Part shown: positions 53,570 through 64,000 of the stretch, piece by piece | How the letters are laid out: each line of letters starts with the position of its first letter | Numbering within the stretch: position 1 is the first letter of the stretch | NCBI RefSeq assembly: GCF_006345805.1 | Contig: NC_042998.1 | Coordinates: 136,338,001-136,402,000, forward strand | Source: Octopus sinensis | Lineage: Eukaryota | Direction of reading: 5' to 3' | Length of the DNA stretch: 64,000 nt | Program-made: the position numbers and the translations under genes | The notes under the pieces: model-generated | What the model was told of the DNA's origin: nothing | The model's database searches: none | What the model saw: the letters and a program-made list of their open reading frames with translations, nothing else

Positions 53570-54578
53570 CTGTAGAAGAAAGCATAAGAAATAATTAAAA
53601 GAAATTTTTTAAAATTGTATATTTTGTTTGTGAAAATAATAATTATCAATTACCAAAGTTTTTCATAAAATGTTTGTCACTGGGTTACCTATATAATGAA
53701 ATGACTTCTTTTTCAAATTTTTGTAGTATATTGAGCCAGTAGTACTTATCTCTGGTTTCCGTGGCGTTAAACATATAAAAGATGTCTTTATCTAGATAGG
53801 ACCTCAGTTGTCATCATCATCATTAATGTCCACTTTTTCAAACTTGCATAGGTCAGATGGAATTCGTTGAGACAGATTCTCTATGACCACATACCCTTTC
53901 CATTACCAACCCTTACTTGTTTCTAAGTAAGGTAATATTTTTCTATTGGTTGGAAATGTTTTTACGAACAGCAGAAATGACTGACACCACTTGTAAGATA
54001 TGGTTACTTGTTTATAAGTATCATGCAATGTCAAGACAAAGGAGACACAAACACCAGTTTCTGCTCATTGCTATAGTAGAAGACAAAGGTACTATGTAGT
54101 GGGACTGAACCCAAAACCATGCAGTTGTGAAGAAAGTACTTAACCACACAGCTATGCCTGCACCTCAGTCTACTATACAGAATTCATTCTAGTAGGCTGA
54201 CAGTGAAAGACTTTATATAGAATAACAAGAACACCCAAACTGTTGACAGCATCTGCTTGTTACATAGGTGATCTGATCAGCAATTGAGGTGGCAGTAGTG
54301 AAAGCTTAGAAAAAGTTCAGGTATCAGGTACTGTCTATTGCCAACAAATAATTTCTTTCTCTGAGTGAAAGATTGTATGATTGTATGATGCTTGTATACA
54401 AAGTGTAGTATTACATGGTGGCAAGACATGAGTCCTGAATACGGTAGAAAGAAATGAAGGGACTATGTTTCACTGAATGTGTAAAGGCAGTGTGATGAAT
54501 GATGGACTACAGGCGTGCAGACAGAGAAGACTGAGTGGAAGAGATTTCAACAACTGTGTATAAAAGAAGAGGCTGTAT

Positions 54579-54760
54579 TCATCATCATCATCATCGTTTA
54601 ACGTCCGTTTTCCGCGCTAGCACGGGTTGGACGGTTCGACTGGGGTCTGGGAAGCCAGGGGCTGCACCAGGCTCCAGTCTGATCTGGCAGTGTTTCTACA
54701 GCAGGATGCCCTTCCTAACGCCAACCACTCTGCGAGTGTAGTTGGTGCTTTTTACGTGTC
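54579..54760 (-). mobile_element. RTE-tailed SINE fragment (intronic)
   Basis: Closely similar to 17184-17370; another copy at 57738-57920. Confidence 0.8.
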
Positions 54761-55061
54761 ATCATATACAAATAGTGAGAGAGAGAAATGAAAAATATTT
54801 CAAATGATGGAAATAAAAGAAGCCTAAGGAAGAGGAAGACCAAAGAGGACAAATGAAGAAGTTGAAAGGTCTCAGCTGAGGATGCTGAACCTTACAAAGA
54901 GATGATGACGGGCTTTGACAAGTGGCAAGATGCTGAGATGAAACAAATCTATCAAACTCTTGCAAGCACAGAAAAGCAGCAGCATCGAAAGGAAGGAAGG
55001 AAAGAAAGAAGGAAGGGTCAAAGGGAGAAAGATATAAATTAAGATATTCCTCATGCTTTAC

Positions 55062-55186
55062 CTCAAGAATATTTGGAATAATTTCCCGTTCACAGCTCTT
55101 CAGGAATGTTTCTTTATCAAACGTTGGGTCTATACGACAGATTTCTGTTAATACTTCTGACATTTCTGTTTTTGAGAACATGCTAC
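55062..55186 (-). CDS. TIMM44: Tim44 exon
   Basis: cag|(G)SMFSKTEMSEVLTEICRIDPTFDKETFLKSCEREIIPNILE|gtaaa; 125 nt, phase 1/0. Confidence 0.97.
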
Positions 55187-55931
55187 CTGATGAGGAAAAT
55201 ATAATTATATTTGAAATTACATTTAAAAATACACATTTTCATTATTAATGAATGAATAAAAATTTGAAAATTTTCAAAACTAATAAATAATGATCAGTTT
55301 TAAAAATGCATATGGCTCCTTTGTTCAAATTCCAAGGCTTATTACATTTCAAAGTTTTTTAAGAAGTATATAACTTTTATTTTTACTGTTTAAAACTTAA
55401 ATAAAATTAATCATGATTATAATGATTTTGATGATATCCATACACAAAGGAGACAAAAAAGAAATTACAGTAAGTGGTGATGCTGAGTTGGAAAAAAATT
55501 GTCCGAACCTTATACAAACATAGGTAAACAGATAAAATTATAATGATGAAATTGAAAAACAGATTCAAAATGATGAGGACTCATATAAAGGTGAATACAG
55601 CCATCTAAATTAACCCAGTCCTCAATATCCATAGCTTTTGAACAGAGAACATAGATGAACATAATTAACCCTTTTGATGCCAATCAGCCTGAGAATGCTC
55701 CAAATTCTACAACCATAAACTTACTATTTTAAAATGGTTTAAATTATAATCTTCCATCAAAATTTTATCCTAATTTGTTCCAGACTCCAGCTTAATAATT
55801 AGAAAGTTATTTTACTAAGTACTTTATTATTTTAAAAATTAACTGAAACAAAGGCAACATATGTTAACAGAAATATGATCCTTTATGGTAGACAAACCTA
55901 TCAGAATGAACGATTTTTGTAATATACTTAC

Positions 55932-56024
55932 CAAATACCATCCCAACTTTATCAGTGAATATACGAGTGGCTCGTACAACAACATTGTCACTTTCATCGT
56001 ATTTCATTTTTAAATCAAATAATT
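55932..56024 (-). CDS. TIMM44: Tim44 exon
   Basis: tag|(K)LFDLKMKYDESDNVVVRATRIFTDKVGMVF(G)|gtaag; 93 nt, phase 1/1. Confidence 0.97.
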
Positions 56025-58017
56025 CTAAAGAAAAGGAAAAGAATTCATTAAGAAAATAATAATAATATTATTATTATTATTGTTGTTGAGTGAGAGAGCA
56101 GTGCATGCCATCAAAGTGATACTAGGGTAAAATATACGAAGCCCAGTACACCCATTATTATTATTCAAGTAAGAAAATTTGTGGAAGAGTTTAATTTTGC
56201 AACCTTGGAAACCATATTTCTATATATTTTTTGTTTGAAGAACTAATGTCCATGACATTACATTCTAACATTCTTCACAACAAATCAACTCACTGAACAC
56301 TTCTAAAAACTCTTATTAGTTGATTTTTGCCAACAAAAACTACCATCTATTTCAACATATTCCAGATATTAAGTATACTAATAATATAGGAAGGCTTTTA
56401 ACATGTGCATTTTGTAGCAACATTAATTCCATTGCAAAAGATGGCATTAGATAAAATATAAAATGATAAATCTCAGCAGAAACATGGGATTTATTTGATT
56501 CATATATTTGACAGCAATATATTCTGTTAATACTAAATATCATTATCTCTGCTAGTATTTAAACAATACACAAAGGATCAAATTACTAAGGGAAAAAGTG
56601 ACTCAATACATTATAAAAATGGCATAGTCATGTGGTTTAGGATAGGCAATTCTCCTCAACCATGTGGTTTTAGGTTCAGTCTCACTGCCTGCCATTTTGG
56701 GCAAGTGTCTTCAACTATAGCCCAAGACCAACTAAAGCCATGTGAGTGGATTTGGAAGATGGAGACTAATAGAAGCCCATCATTGTGTGAGTGCATGTGT
56801 CTGTATGTGTATATGCATGTGCATGCACACTTGTGTATGTCACCTTGTCTTAATATTGTGTGGTAGTTGTGAGAGTGTAAATAACTATTTTAACACACAC
56901 ACACACATACAATAGGATGCTTTGCAATTCTCCTTACTAATTTAACTCAGACAGTATTGGCCAGCCAGAGGCCAAAGAAGACACTTGCCCAAGATGCCAC
57001 ACAGTGAGATTGACCTAAATTGCTAAGAAATAAGCAATAAATCTACAAAAGGAAATATTCTTGACCCTATCATGCCATGTTCCTGGTATACCAAGAATAG
57101 CTGAAATAAAATCTCAAGTGGATTCCCATTAATGAACAACACACATAGAAAAAGAAGATAAAATACTTAATAGAGAACTGGTCACATTTCAGCTTCATAG
57201 TCAAGCATGTTTAGGACTCATTGTTAATGGTGTCCCCTAAGGCTGTTGTTTACTTTTAATCACAAAAATAAACTGACTTTGTAATGAAATTATCATGTGA
57301 TGAACCCAGCATTTCAACTTGTAAACAAGCAGGGACCAAACTTTTGCAGTTGAAGAAATTATTGATAATATTTATTCTTCAGACAAAGAGTTTACATTTA
57401 TGCAGGCAATGTGAGTGATTTGGACAACCAAACTGGTGAATGTAATGAGAGAATTAACAATTTGGGTAAACAAGTACAGTAGTTGAAAGATAAGCCTGTT
57501 ATTGTTATTCTCCAGAGTTTTTTAGTTTTTATGTGATTCTGTCCATTAGTTTGCCTGCAATGAATAAATACAGTATTATCGTCATTCTGTAATCTTTCTT
57601 TTTTTTTGTGATTCTGTCCATTAGTTTGCCTGCAGTCATTATTCTTGCGTTGTATATGCAACTATTTATGTTTTTGTTCAGAAGCCCAGGGTGAAGGTAA
57701 AGTTAGACACAAAGGCCCAGGTCTGAGAGGCTAAACTATCATCATCATTTAGCGTCCGCTTTCCATGCTAGCATGGGTTGGACGGGTCAACTGGGGTCTG
57801 TGAAGCTGGAAGGCTTCGTCAGGCCCAGTCAGATCTGGCAGTGTTTCTACGGCTGGATGCCCTTCCTAACACCAACCACTCCGCGAGTGTAGTGGGTGTT
57901 TTTTACGTGCCACCTGCACACCTACTTTGTCGTAAATTAACATTTGATAATGTTCTTTCATAAACGAGGGAAAGAAAAGTAAAGAAAAAAACCACATAAA
58001 AATATATTTATACTCAC

Positions 58018-58103
58018 TATGTACATACTGATTATTATCTTTAAAATTCTGCCAACTTTGGAACCAACGAGAGTCTTTGTGCAAAACAACTCCTGTAGCA
58101 TCT
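58018..58103 (-). CDS. TIMM44: Tim44 exon
   Basis: tag|(E)DATGVVLHKDSRWFQSWQNFKDNNQYVH(K)|gtgag; 86 nt, phase 2/1. Confidence 0.97.
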
Positions 58104-60079
58104 CTAAATGAAGGAAGAAAAAAAAAATTTTAATATTTGTTCATTGTGAAATATTGGAAAAAAAAATTCAAATGTTATTGAACATAGTTATTGAAGCAGT
58201 GGGTATGGCAGAATGTATGAGGCATATGCTGATCTGTGACCCCAAGTATATATATTTATGCCTCACAACAGGCAAGAGAGATAGGGCAGCAAAGATGAGT
58301 GAGGTTGAGTGTTGGAGAGAAGGACTGGGTAGGTCTAATGACATCTCTGGTTACACTGGAAGAATGGTACAGTGAATAGGGGAGAACCGCTGACATCCAT
58401 AGTTACATTGGTAGCATCTTATAATAATTCTACTTGTCACTGTGTTACTTAACCTGTCAGTAACACTTTCACTTGATTAGAGAAAAAGAGAGAGAAAGAG
58501 AAGAGGGAGAGAGAAAAAGAAGAAGGGGAAATGTAATTGTAAAGCTTTCACATGGTCAGATGAAGGGAAAGAGAGGAGAGAGAAAAATGGGATAAAGTGA
58601 AGAGAAAGACAGAGAAAGAGGGAGAAAGAAAAAGAAGGAGAGAGAAGCATCCATGATGTAAGGCAGAGGGAACATAATATCTATTACATGGTTAAAAAAG
58701 TTAGTTGAAGGTAGAGGAGGAGAGTTAAAAATATAATTTTAGCAGAGGGGTGATGATTTGATGGTAAGGTTAAAGAAAGGCAGAGAGATGAGAGAGGGGG
58801 TGGGAGGATGATGATGGTGATGGTAGTGGTAGTGGTGGTGGAGATGGAGGTGGTGATGGTGAGTGAATAGTGAAAAGTGTTACTTTTTTTTAATTGAAAA
58901 TATGTTTTTATATCCCTATCACTTAAAGCATGTGCATGAGAGCAATTCAATGAAATATTCACACCTATTTATGTGGCAGATATATGCAATTTAACTAAAG
59001 GTTGTATTATATGTACAGGATATTTCTTTTTTTATGAGAAAAATAGAAAAATAAGAGCGAATATATATTTTATGAGTATTGTGTATTAAATCTATAAAAT
59101 TGTGCATAAAGTATATAAAGTGTATAGATAAAGTGCATTAAGTAAACATTGTATTTCAATTTCTTTCACTTTTCAATGAATAGCAGATGAGTGACTATCT
59201 TTCCATACAGACACAATGCAGGCTTCGCATTCAGTTTTTTTGGATAAAGTTTACAGAAATAACCCAAATGGATTTACCATTAATTCCATGAAATATTCAT
59301 GGGTTTCGCTAGTCATGCAGTAAAAGAGAGACAGTGACAGACAGATGAGAAACAGAGAAGAAATCAAAGAAGCAAGTCATTCTTACAATGAACCACTCTT
59401 TGGCAGAGTTTGTTCTTTTATTTTTTAGTGTATTTCTCCATGTTAGCATGGGTTAGATAAATCTATGTTATTGAAGTAATGTTTAATAGCTGAATGTCAT
59501 TCCTTTCATTAAGAATTGCCTGTTTTTCAAGTAAGAAATCTCTTATACCATGTCTTCAAAGGTACAAAGCTGGTGACTGAGGTACAAAGTTGTTGCCAGA
59601 GGAAATGACATCACACCTTTATAGCCCAGTGATTTTTGGAGAAGCACTAACGCCAATACACTCACATGCAAACACATATTTAACAAGCTTGTTTCAAGTT
59701 TACATCAACCACATCCACTCACAAGGCTTCAGTCAACATGACACTTATAGTTTGTACAGTAGACTGAACTTACAATCATATAGATGGAAGTGAACTTCTT
59801 AACCACACAACCATGCCTGTACTTCTAAAACGTTATTCATAATATTAGCATCATGAGTCAGAGAAAAGGAGTTGGAGAGGGCACTTGCCCTTGGTGTTCA
59901 AAACCTTGGACAGTGGGGTTCCTTGATTATCCCTAAATGCCTTCCTATATCAAGTAGACCACATCACTATCATCCATTTTTCTCTCTTTTTCTTTTACTG
60001 TTGTATATTTTCCTTCTTTGTTTATTTGTATACTGTGTATATTTTCCTAATTTCATTTCATTATTATATGTACACTCCA

Positions 60080-60444
60080 TGGAGGTGCAATGGCCCAGTG
60101 GTTAGGGCAACAGACTCGTGGTTTCAATTCCCAGACCGGGCGTTATGAGTGTTTATTGAGCGAAAACACCTAAAGCTCCACGAAGCTCCAGGAAGGGGTG
60201 GCAAACCCTGCTGTACTCTTTCACCACAACTTTTTCTCACTCTCTCTTCCTGTTTCTGTTGTACCTGTATTTCAAAGGGCCAGCCTTGTCACACACTGTG
60301 TCATGCTGAATCTCCCCGAGAACTACGTTAAGGGTACACATGTCTGTGGAGTGCTCAGCCACTTACACGTTAATTTCACGAGCAGGCTGTTCCGTTGATC
60401 GGATCAACTGGAACCTTCATCATTGTAACCGACAGAGTGCCACA
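60080..60444 (+). mobile_element. tRNA-derived SINE with target-site duplication
   Basis: TGGCCCAGTGG A-box and GTTTCAATTCCC B-box; 14-bp flanks ATATGTACACTCCA (60066-79) / ATATGCACACTCCA (60445-58). Confidence 0.85.
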
Positions 60445-60570
60445 ATATGCACACTCCACTCATTTTATGTCTTTCTTTGTACTGTCTCTCTCACCCTTTG
60501 CCCTGGTGGCAAATAAAAGAAATCATTTTTTTTATTATTAAATGTAAGGAAAAAACAGAAAGTGACTTAC

Positions 60571-60640
60571 TCATTGGCTTCCACTACTTTTTCATTTGGG
60601 TCTTTCTTTGAAGACTTTTCTGAACGTTTCCTCAATGTCA
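60571..60640 (-). CDS. TIMM44: Tim44 exon
   Basis: aag|(V)TLRKRSEKSSKKDPNEKVVEAN(E)|gtaag; 70 nt, phase 1/2. Confidence 0.92.
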
Positions 60641-60762
60641 CTTGAAACCAGAAAGAAAAAAAGGATTTAAATTTCATGAAAATTTTGTTTTATATAGGTT
60701 TGACTGAGTTTATCTTTATCTTTAGAGATTTTCAGTTGTTTAATGAAATTAGGAAATCATAC

Positions 60763-60832
60763 CTGGTGCTCGATATGTCCGTGCTCGAGATAATGTTGTC
60801 TCCTCAATTTCTTTCTTGACAGCCTTAACTCC
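60763..60832 (-). CDS. TIMM44: Tim44 exon
   Basis: tag|GVKAVKKEIEETTLSRARTYRAP(V)|gtatg; 70 nt, phase 0/1. Confidence 0.93.
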
Positions 60833-62060
60833 CTAATGCACAGAGAAAAAAAACCTTGAGATTTTAGTTATTATTTGAAGACTACATATATTAGTAATAA
60901 AGGATAATACATCAAATATATCTGTGAGAAATAAACATTCATATAAACAGAAGTCTTTGAGATATATGTATGAAAGGAATTACTGAAAATGAAAAGGTAG
61001 TCTTAACTGTGCAAAGAAATATCACAACAGTCCAACGTTTAAATATGTAACAGTAATAGACCACTATTTGCTTTCGAATGCAGGTAGCAATAACAACAAT
61101 ACAAAAACTATGTATCTCTACACATTTTTTCAAGCTTTATCTAAGCTTCAAGAATAATGTGTCATCTTGACTCATGATATGGTGATGAAGGACACCCCCT
61201 GATGAAGATGACATATGAGTGTTCAGCTTGTGCCAAATGACCTGCACAAATGATTTGTTTATAGTGATCAAATGTATGTGCTGTACATTAGCTCACTCCT
61301 TCAATCAAATCAACATTACCTGGACAGGTGCATGGTGTGTCAGGTGTCAAAGTGATCACAGAGGAACACAAGATGAAGTGTTTTGCTCAAGAACACAATG
61401 AACCATCCAGCCTATGAATTGAAACTATGATCTCATGACAGTGAGTGCAACCACTGAGTCATGTGTCACCCTCACAACTAGGAAATGAAATGGAGCTCAA
61501 TAGAATTTGGGATAAAATATTTTGTCCTTTTTGTTTCATTTCAACCCTTGCAGTTTGAGTTTAAATCCCAATGAGGTGAACTTTACCTTTCATCCTTTCC
61601 GGATTTAATCAAGAAAAATGTGGATTGGTAGAACCGTTAGGTCGAACAAGATACCTCATAGTATCTATTTTGTCTCGTTGCATTCTGAGAATGTCTGTGA
61701 TGACAATGGTACAAAGCTGTGTCAGCCCAAGTCAGTGGCCTTCCCTCTTGAATAAACATCAATGTTAATGGAGAAGGGAAACATATGTATGGGTAACTGT
61801 TGATCTTCTTCAAAACGTTTACCCAGACCAGCACCAGTGGCATATGGTGGTTGTTGTCATTGCGTGTGCTGTCACACTGACCATACTGTGACTAACATTA
61901 CTCAAATTAGGCACGAGTTCAAATATATGGTCACTACCATCCCAATGGAAGTCCTTTGGCTTTTAAATGTAACACTAAAAAATAAGTTTTAGCAATATAG
62001 CAACATAAACATCAGACAAAGAAAATTTAACAAAGAGAGGATAAAGAAAAAGAAACATAC

Positions 62061-62210
62061 TTCTGAAATATTTTTGAAGGTCGAAGTTTGACCAATACTT
62101 TCTCGGCCTTTAGAAAAAGTTTCAGCCGCTTTCTCGGCAGATTTACCAATTTCTTCCGTAAACTCTTTTCCTTTTTTAGCAAACTCAGTTTTCTGAACTT
62201 CCTCTATAGT
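62061..62210 (-). CDS. TIMM44: Tim44 exon
   Basis: tag|TIEEVQKTEFAKKGKEFTEEIGKSAEKAAETFSKGRESIGQTSTFKNISE|gtatg; 150 nt. Confidence 0.93.
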
Positions 62211-63029
62211 CTAAAGACAGAGCAGAAAAGACAGAACACATATTTGAAAGAGAATGTATTGCAAAAGTGAATATGCTGAAACCAATAAGTCAATAATAAG
62301 TTCTTAGAGAGTTCATCAAGAATCCAACAAAACTAGACCATACTTCAAGTAGAATTCCTGGTTGAAATCATTTCTTTATTCATAATGCTAAGAGAAAGGT
62401 AAAAATATCATAATGTTCCACTCCACTTTGATTAAAATATAAGGCTCAATGCTAGTCAAAAAGAAACTCTATCTAAACATGAGAGACTGCATCATCCCAT
62501 CCTCATCACTCTGCCAACTCTTCCATCTCTGGCTCCTACGTGTGAGAGACTGCATCAAACCAGCTGCACCCAATATATTTCACCTCATCCTTTCAGCACT
62601 TCATCCATTTCTCCCCTCCTCCGCCCATTCACTCCAATCCTACCCTTGTCCTTCTCATCACCCATTTTGATCTTCTACTGCTTCCCACATTGATTACATT
62701 CTCTGAGTAAAAGTACACTCTTAGGTCACAGAATACTCTCTATACTTACAGTGTATAAGTTCCCTTTCCTGAATGCAGATGCCATTTATACATAAAGCTA
62801 TAAATGATAGCATGAAAATAATGGATTAAAAATACCTTTGGATAGAAAAAGTCAAAAGCTACCCATGGATCTTGAAACCAGATCTCCTGTACACATGATA
62901 GATGTTCTACTATTGTACAAAACAATTCTTTAAGTTTCTCTACCCATTTTAGATACTTTATTCTTACTGGCAAGAAATATAAAAACCATCCACAAAAATA
63001 TTTTTTAAAATACACAAAAATGACTTTAC

Positions 63030-63110
63030 CTCAGATAGTTTATCTTTGACATCTTCCAGTCTTTTCTTGATAGCAGCTGAACTTTTTAGAGTTTCAGCTT
63101 CAATATTCTC
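63030..63110 (-). CDS. TIMM44: Tim44 exon (most 5' exon in the window)
   Basis: cag|ENIEAETLKSSAAIKKRLEDVKDKLSE|gtaaa; 81 nt; in frame with the downstream exons. Confidence 0.9.
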
Positions 63111-63384
63111 CTGAAATAAAATTACCAATTATTAAAAAAGGTGTTCAATATTAATGAGTCACTATTTAGCTGAGTTTATGTATCTAGCGAGTGCAAAGTA
63201 AATGGTTTGAAACCTACAATAAGTGCTACTCTATCCACAGCTAAAACATTTAATTCTTATTAGCTTAATTCATCTAGCAATGAATAAGTACCATGAGTAC
63301 CTGCATACCAACTATAGCTGAAAGAAAACTATAGATACTTCATTATAATTATAAAAATATATTTTATTATATACATATATTATA

Positions 63385-64000
63385 TGTCATCATCATCATT
63401 TGTCTGCTGTCCATGCTGGCATGCGTTGGATGGTTTGACTGGACTGGCAGGCTGGAAGACTGCACCAGGTTCCAGTCTGATTTGGCATGATTTTCTATGG
63501 CTGGATGCCCTTCCTAATGCCAACCACTCTGAGTGTGTAATGGGTGCTTTTACATGCCACCAGTTCGGGCGCAATTTGCATGACACCGATATCTGCCATG
63601 TCTGTGATTTTGCTCAGCTTGATGGGTCTTCTTCTCAAGCATGACATAATACCACAGGTCTTGGTCATTGCCTCCATGAGGCCCAACACTCAAAAGGAAC
63701 TTGGCCACTTTGCCTCCATGAAGCCCAATGTTCAAAAGGAACTCAGCCACTTTGCCTCCATGAAGCCCAAAGTTTGAAGATCATACTTCACCATGTCATC
63801 TCATGTCTTCCTTGTCTACCTCTACCACAGGTTCTCTCCACAGAGGTTAGCACTTCTTTACACAGCCGTCCTTGTCCATATACATCATATGACCATACCA
63901 GTGCAGTTGTCTCTCTCTTGCACACCACATCTGATGCCTCTTATGCCAAACATTTCTCTCAAGATGCTTACACTCTGTCATACATGCACACTGACATTGC
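63385..64000 (-). mobile_element. RTE LINE 3' end (runs off the window)
   Basis: (CAT)n tail, GGATGCCCTTCCTAA motif, minus-strand LHWYGHMM remnant; three 39-bp tandem units at 63668-63770. Confidence 0.8.

Noticed and set aside
54762-55061. Extension of ORF 54762..55181 beyond the Tim44 exon
   Set aside because: Similarity to Tim44 ends at the GT donor at 55061; the rest is intron read-through.
55187-55200. CTGATGA...GAAA as a hammerhead
   Set aside because: It is the complement of the TIMM44 splice acceptor and has no stems.
57526-57633. ~30-bp local direct duplication
   Set aside because: Real but an ordinary slippage or repair duplication in an intron.

Overview
AT-rich, microsatellite-dense eukaryotic DNA. 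The SINE, RTE and mariner content resembles an octopus (coleoid cephalopod) genome; this is an inference. The only host gene I can support is TIMM44 (mitochondrial import translocase subunit Tim44) on the minus strand. Eleven GT-AG coding exons from 63110 down to the stop at 49708 join in frame, and the 5' exons lie beyond the window. The rest is decayed mobile DNA (Tx1/L1, RTE and CR1/L2-like LINE pieces; maT, mariner, hAT and piggyBac-like elements; several SINE families) plus a U6 snRNA pseudogene. The most unusual signal is a set of short non-coding elements, mostly embedded in (TA)n/(TG)n tracts. About seven sequence-unrelated ones carry type I hammerhead ribozyme motifs, several with long stem II or non-canonical cores, and three occur as inverted duplications. 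Others lack a hammerhead but look strongly structured: a ~950-nt element at 2640-3605, and a motif at 12540 and 23530 with three compensatory base-pair changes. All structures were paired by eye; none was computed or tested.
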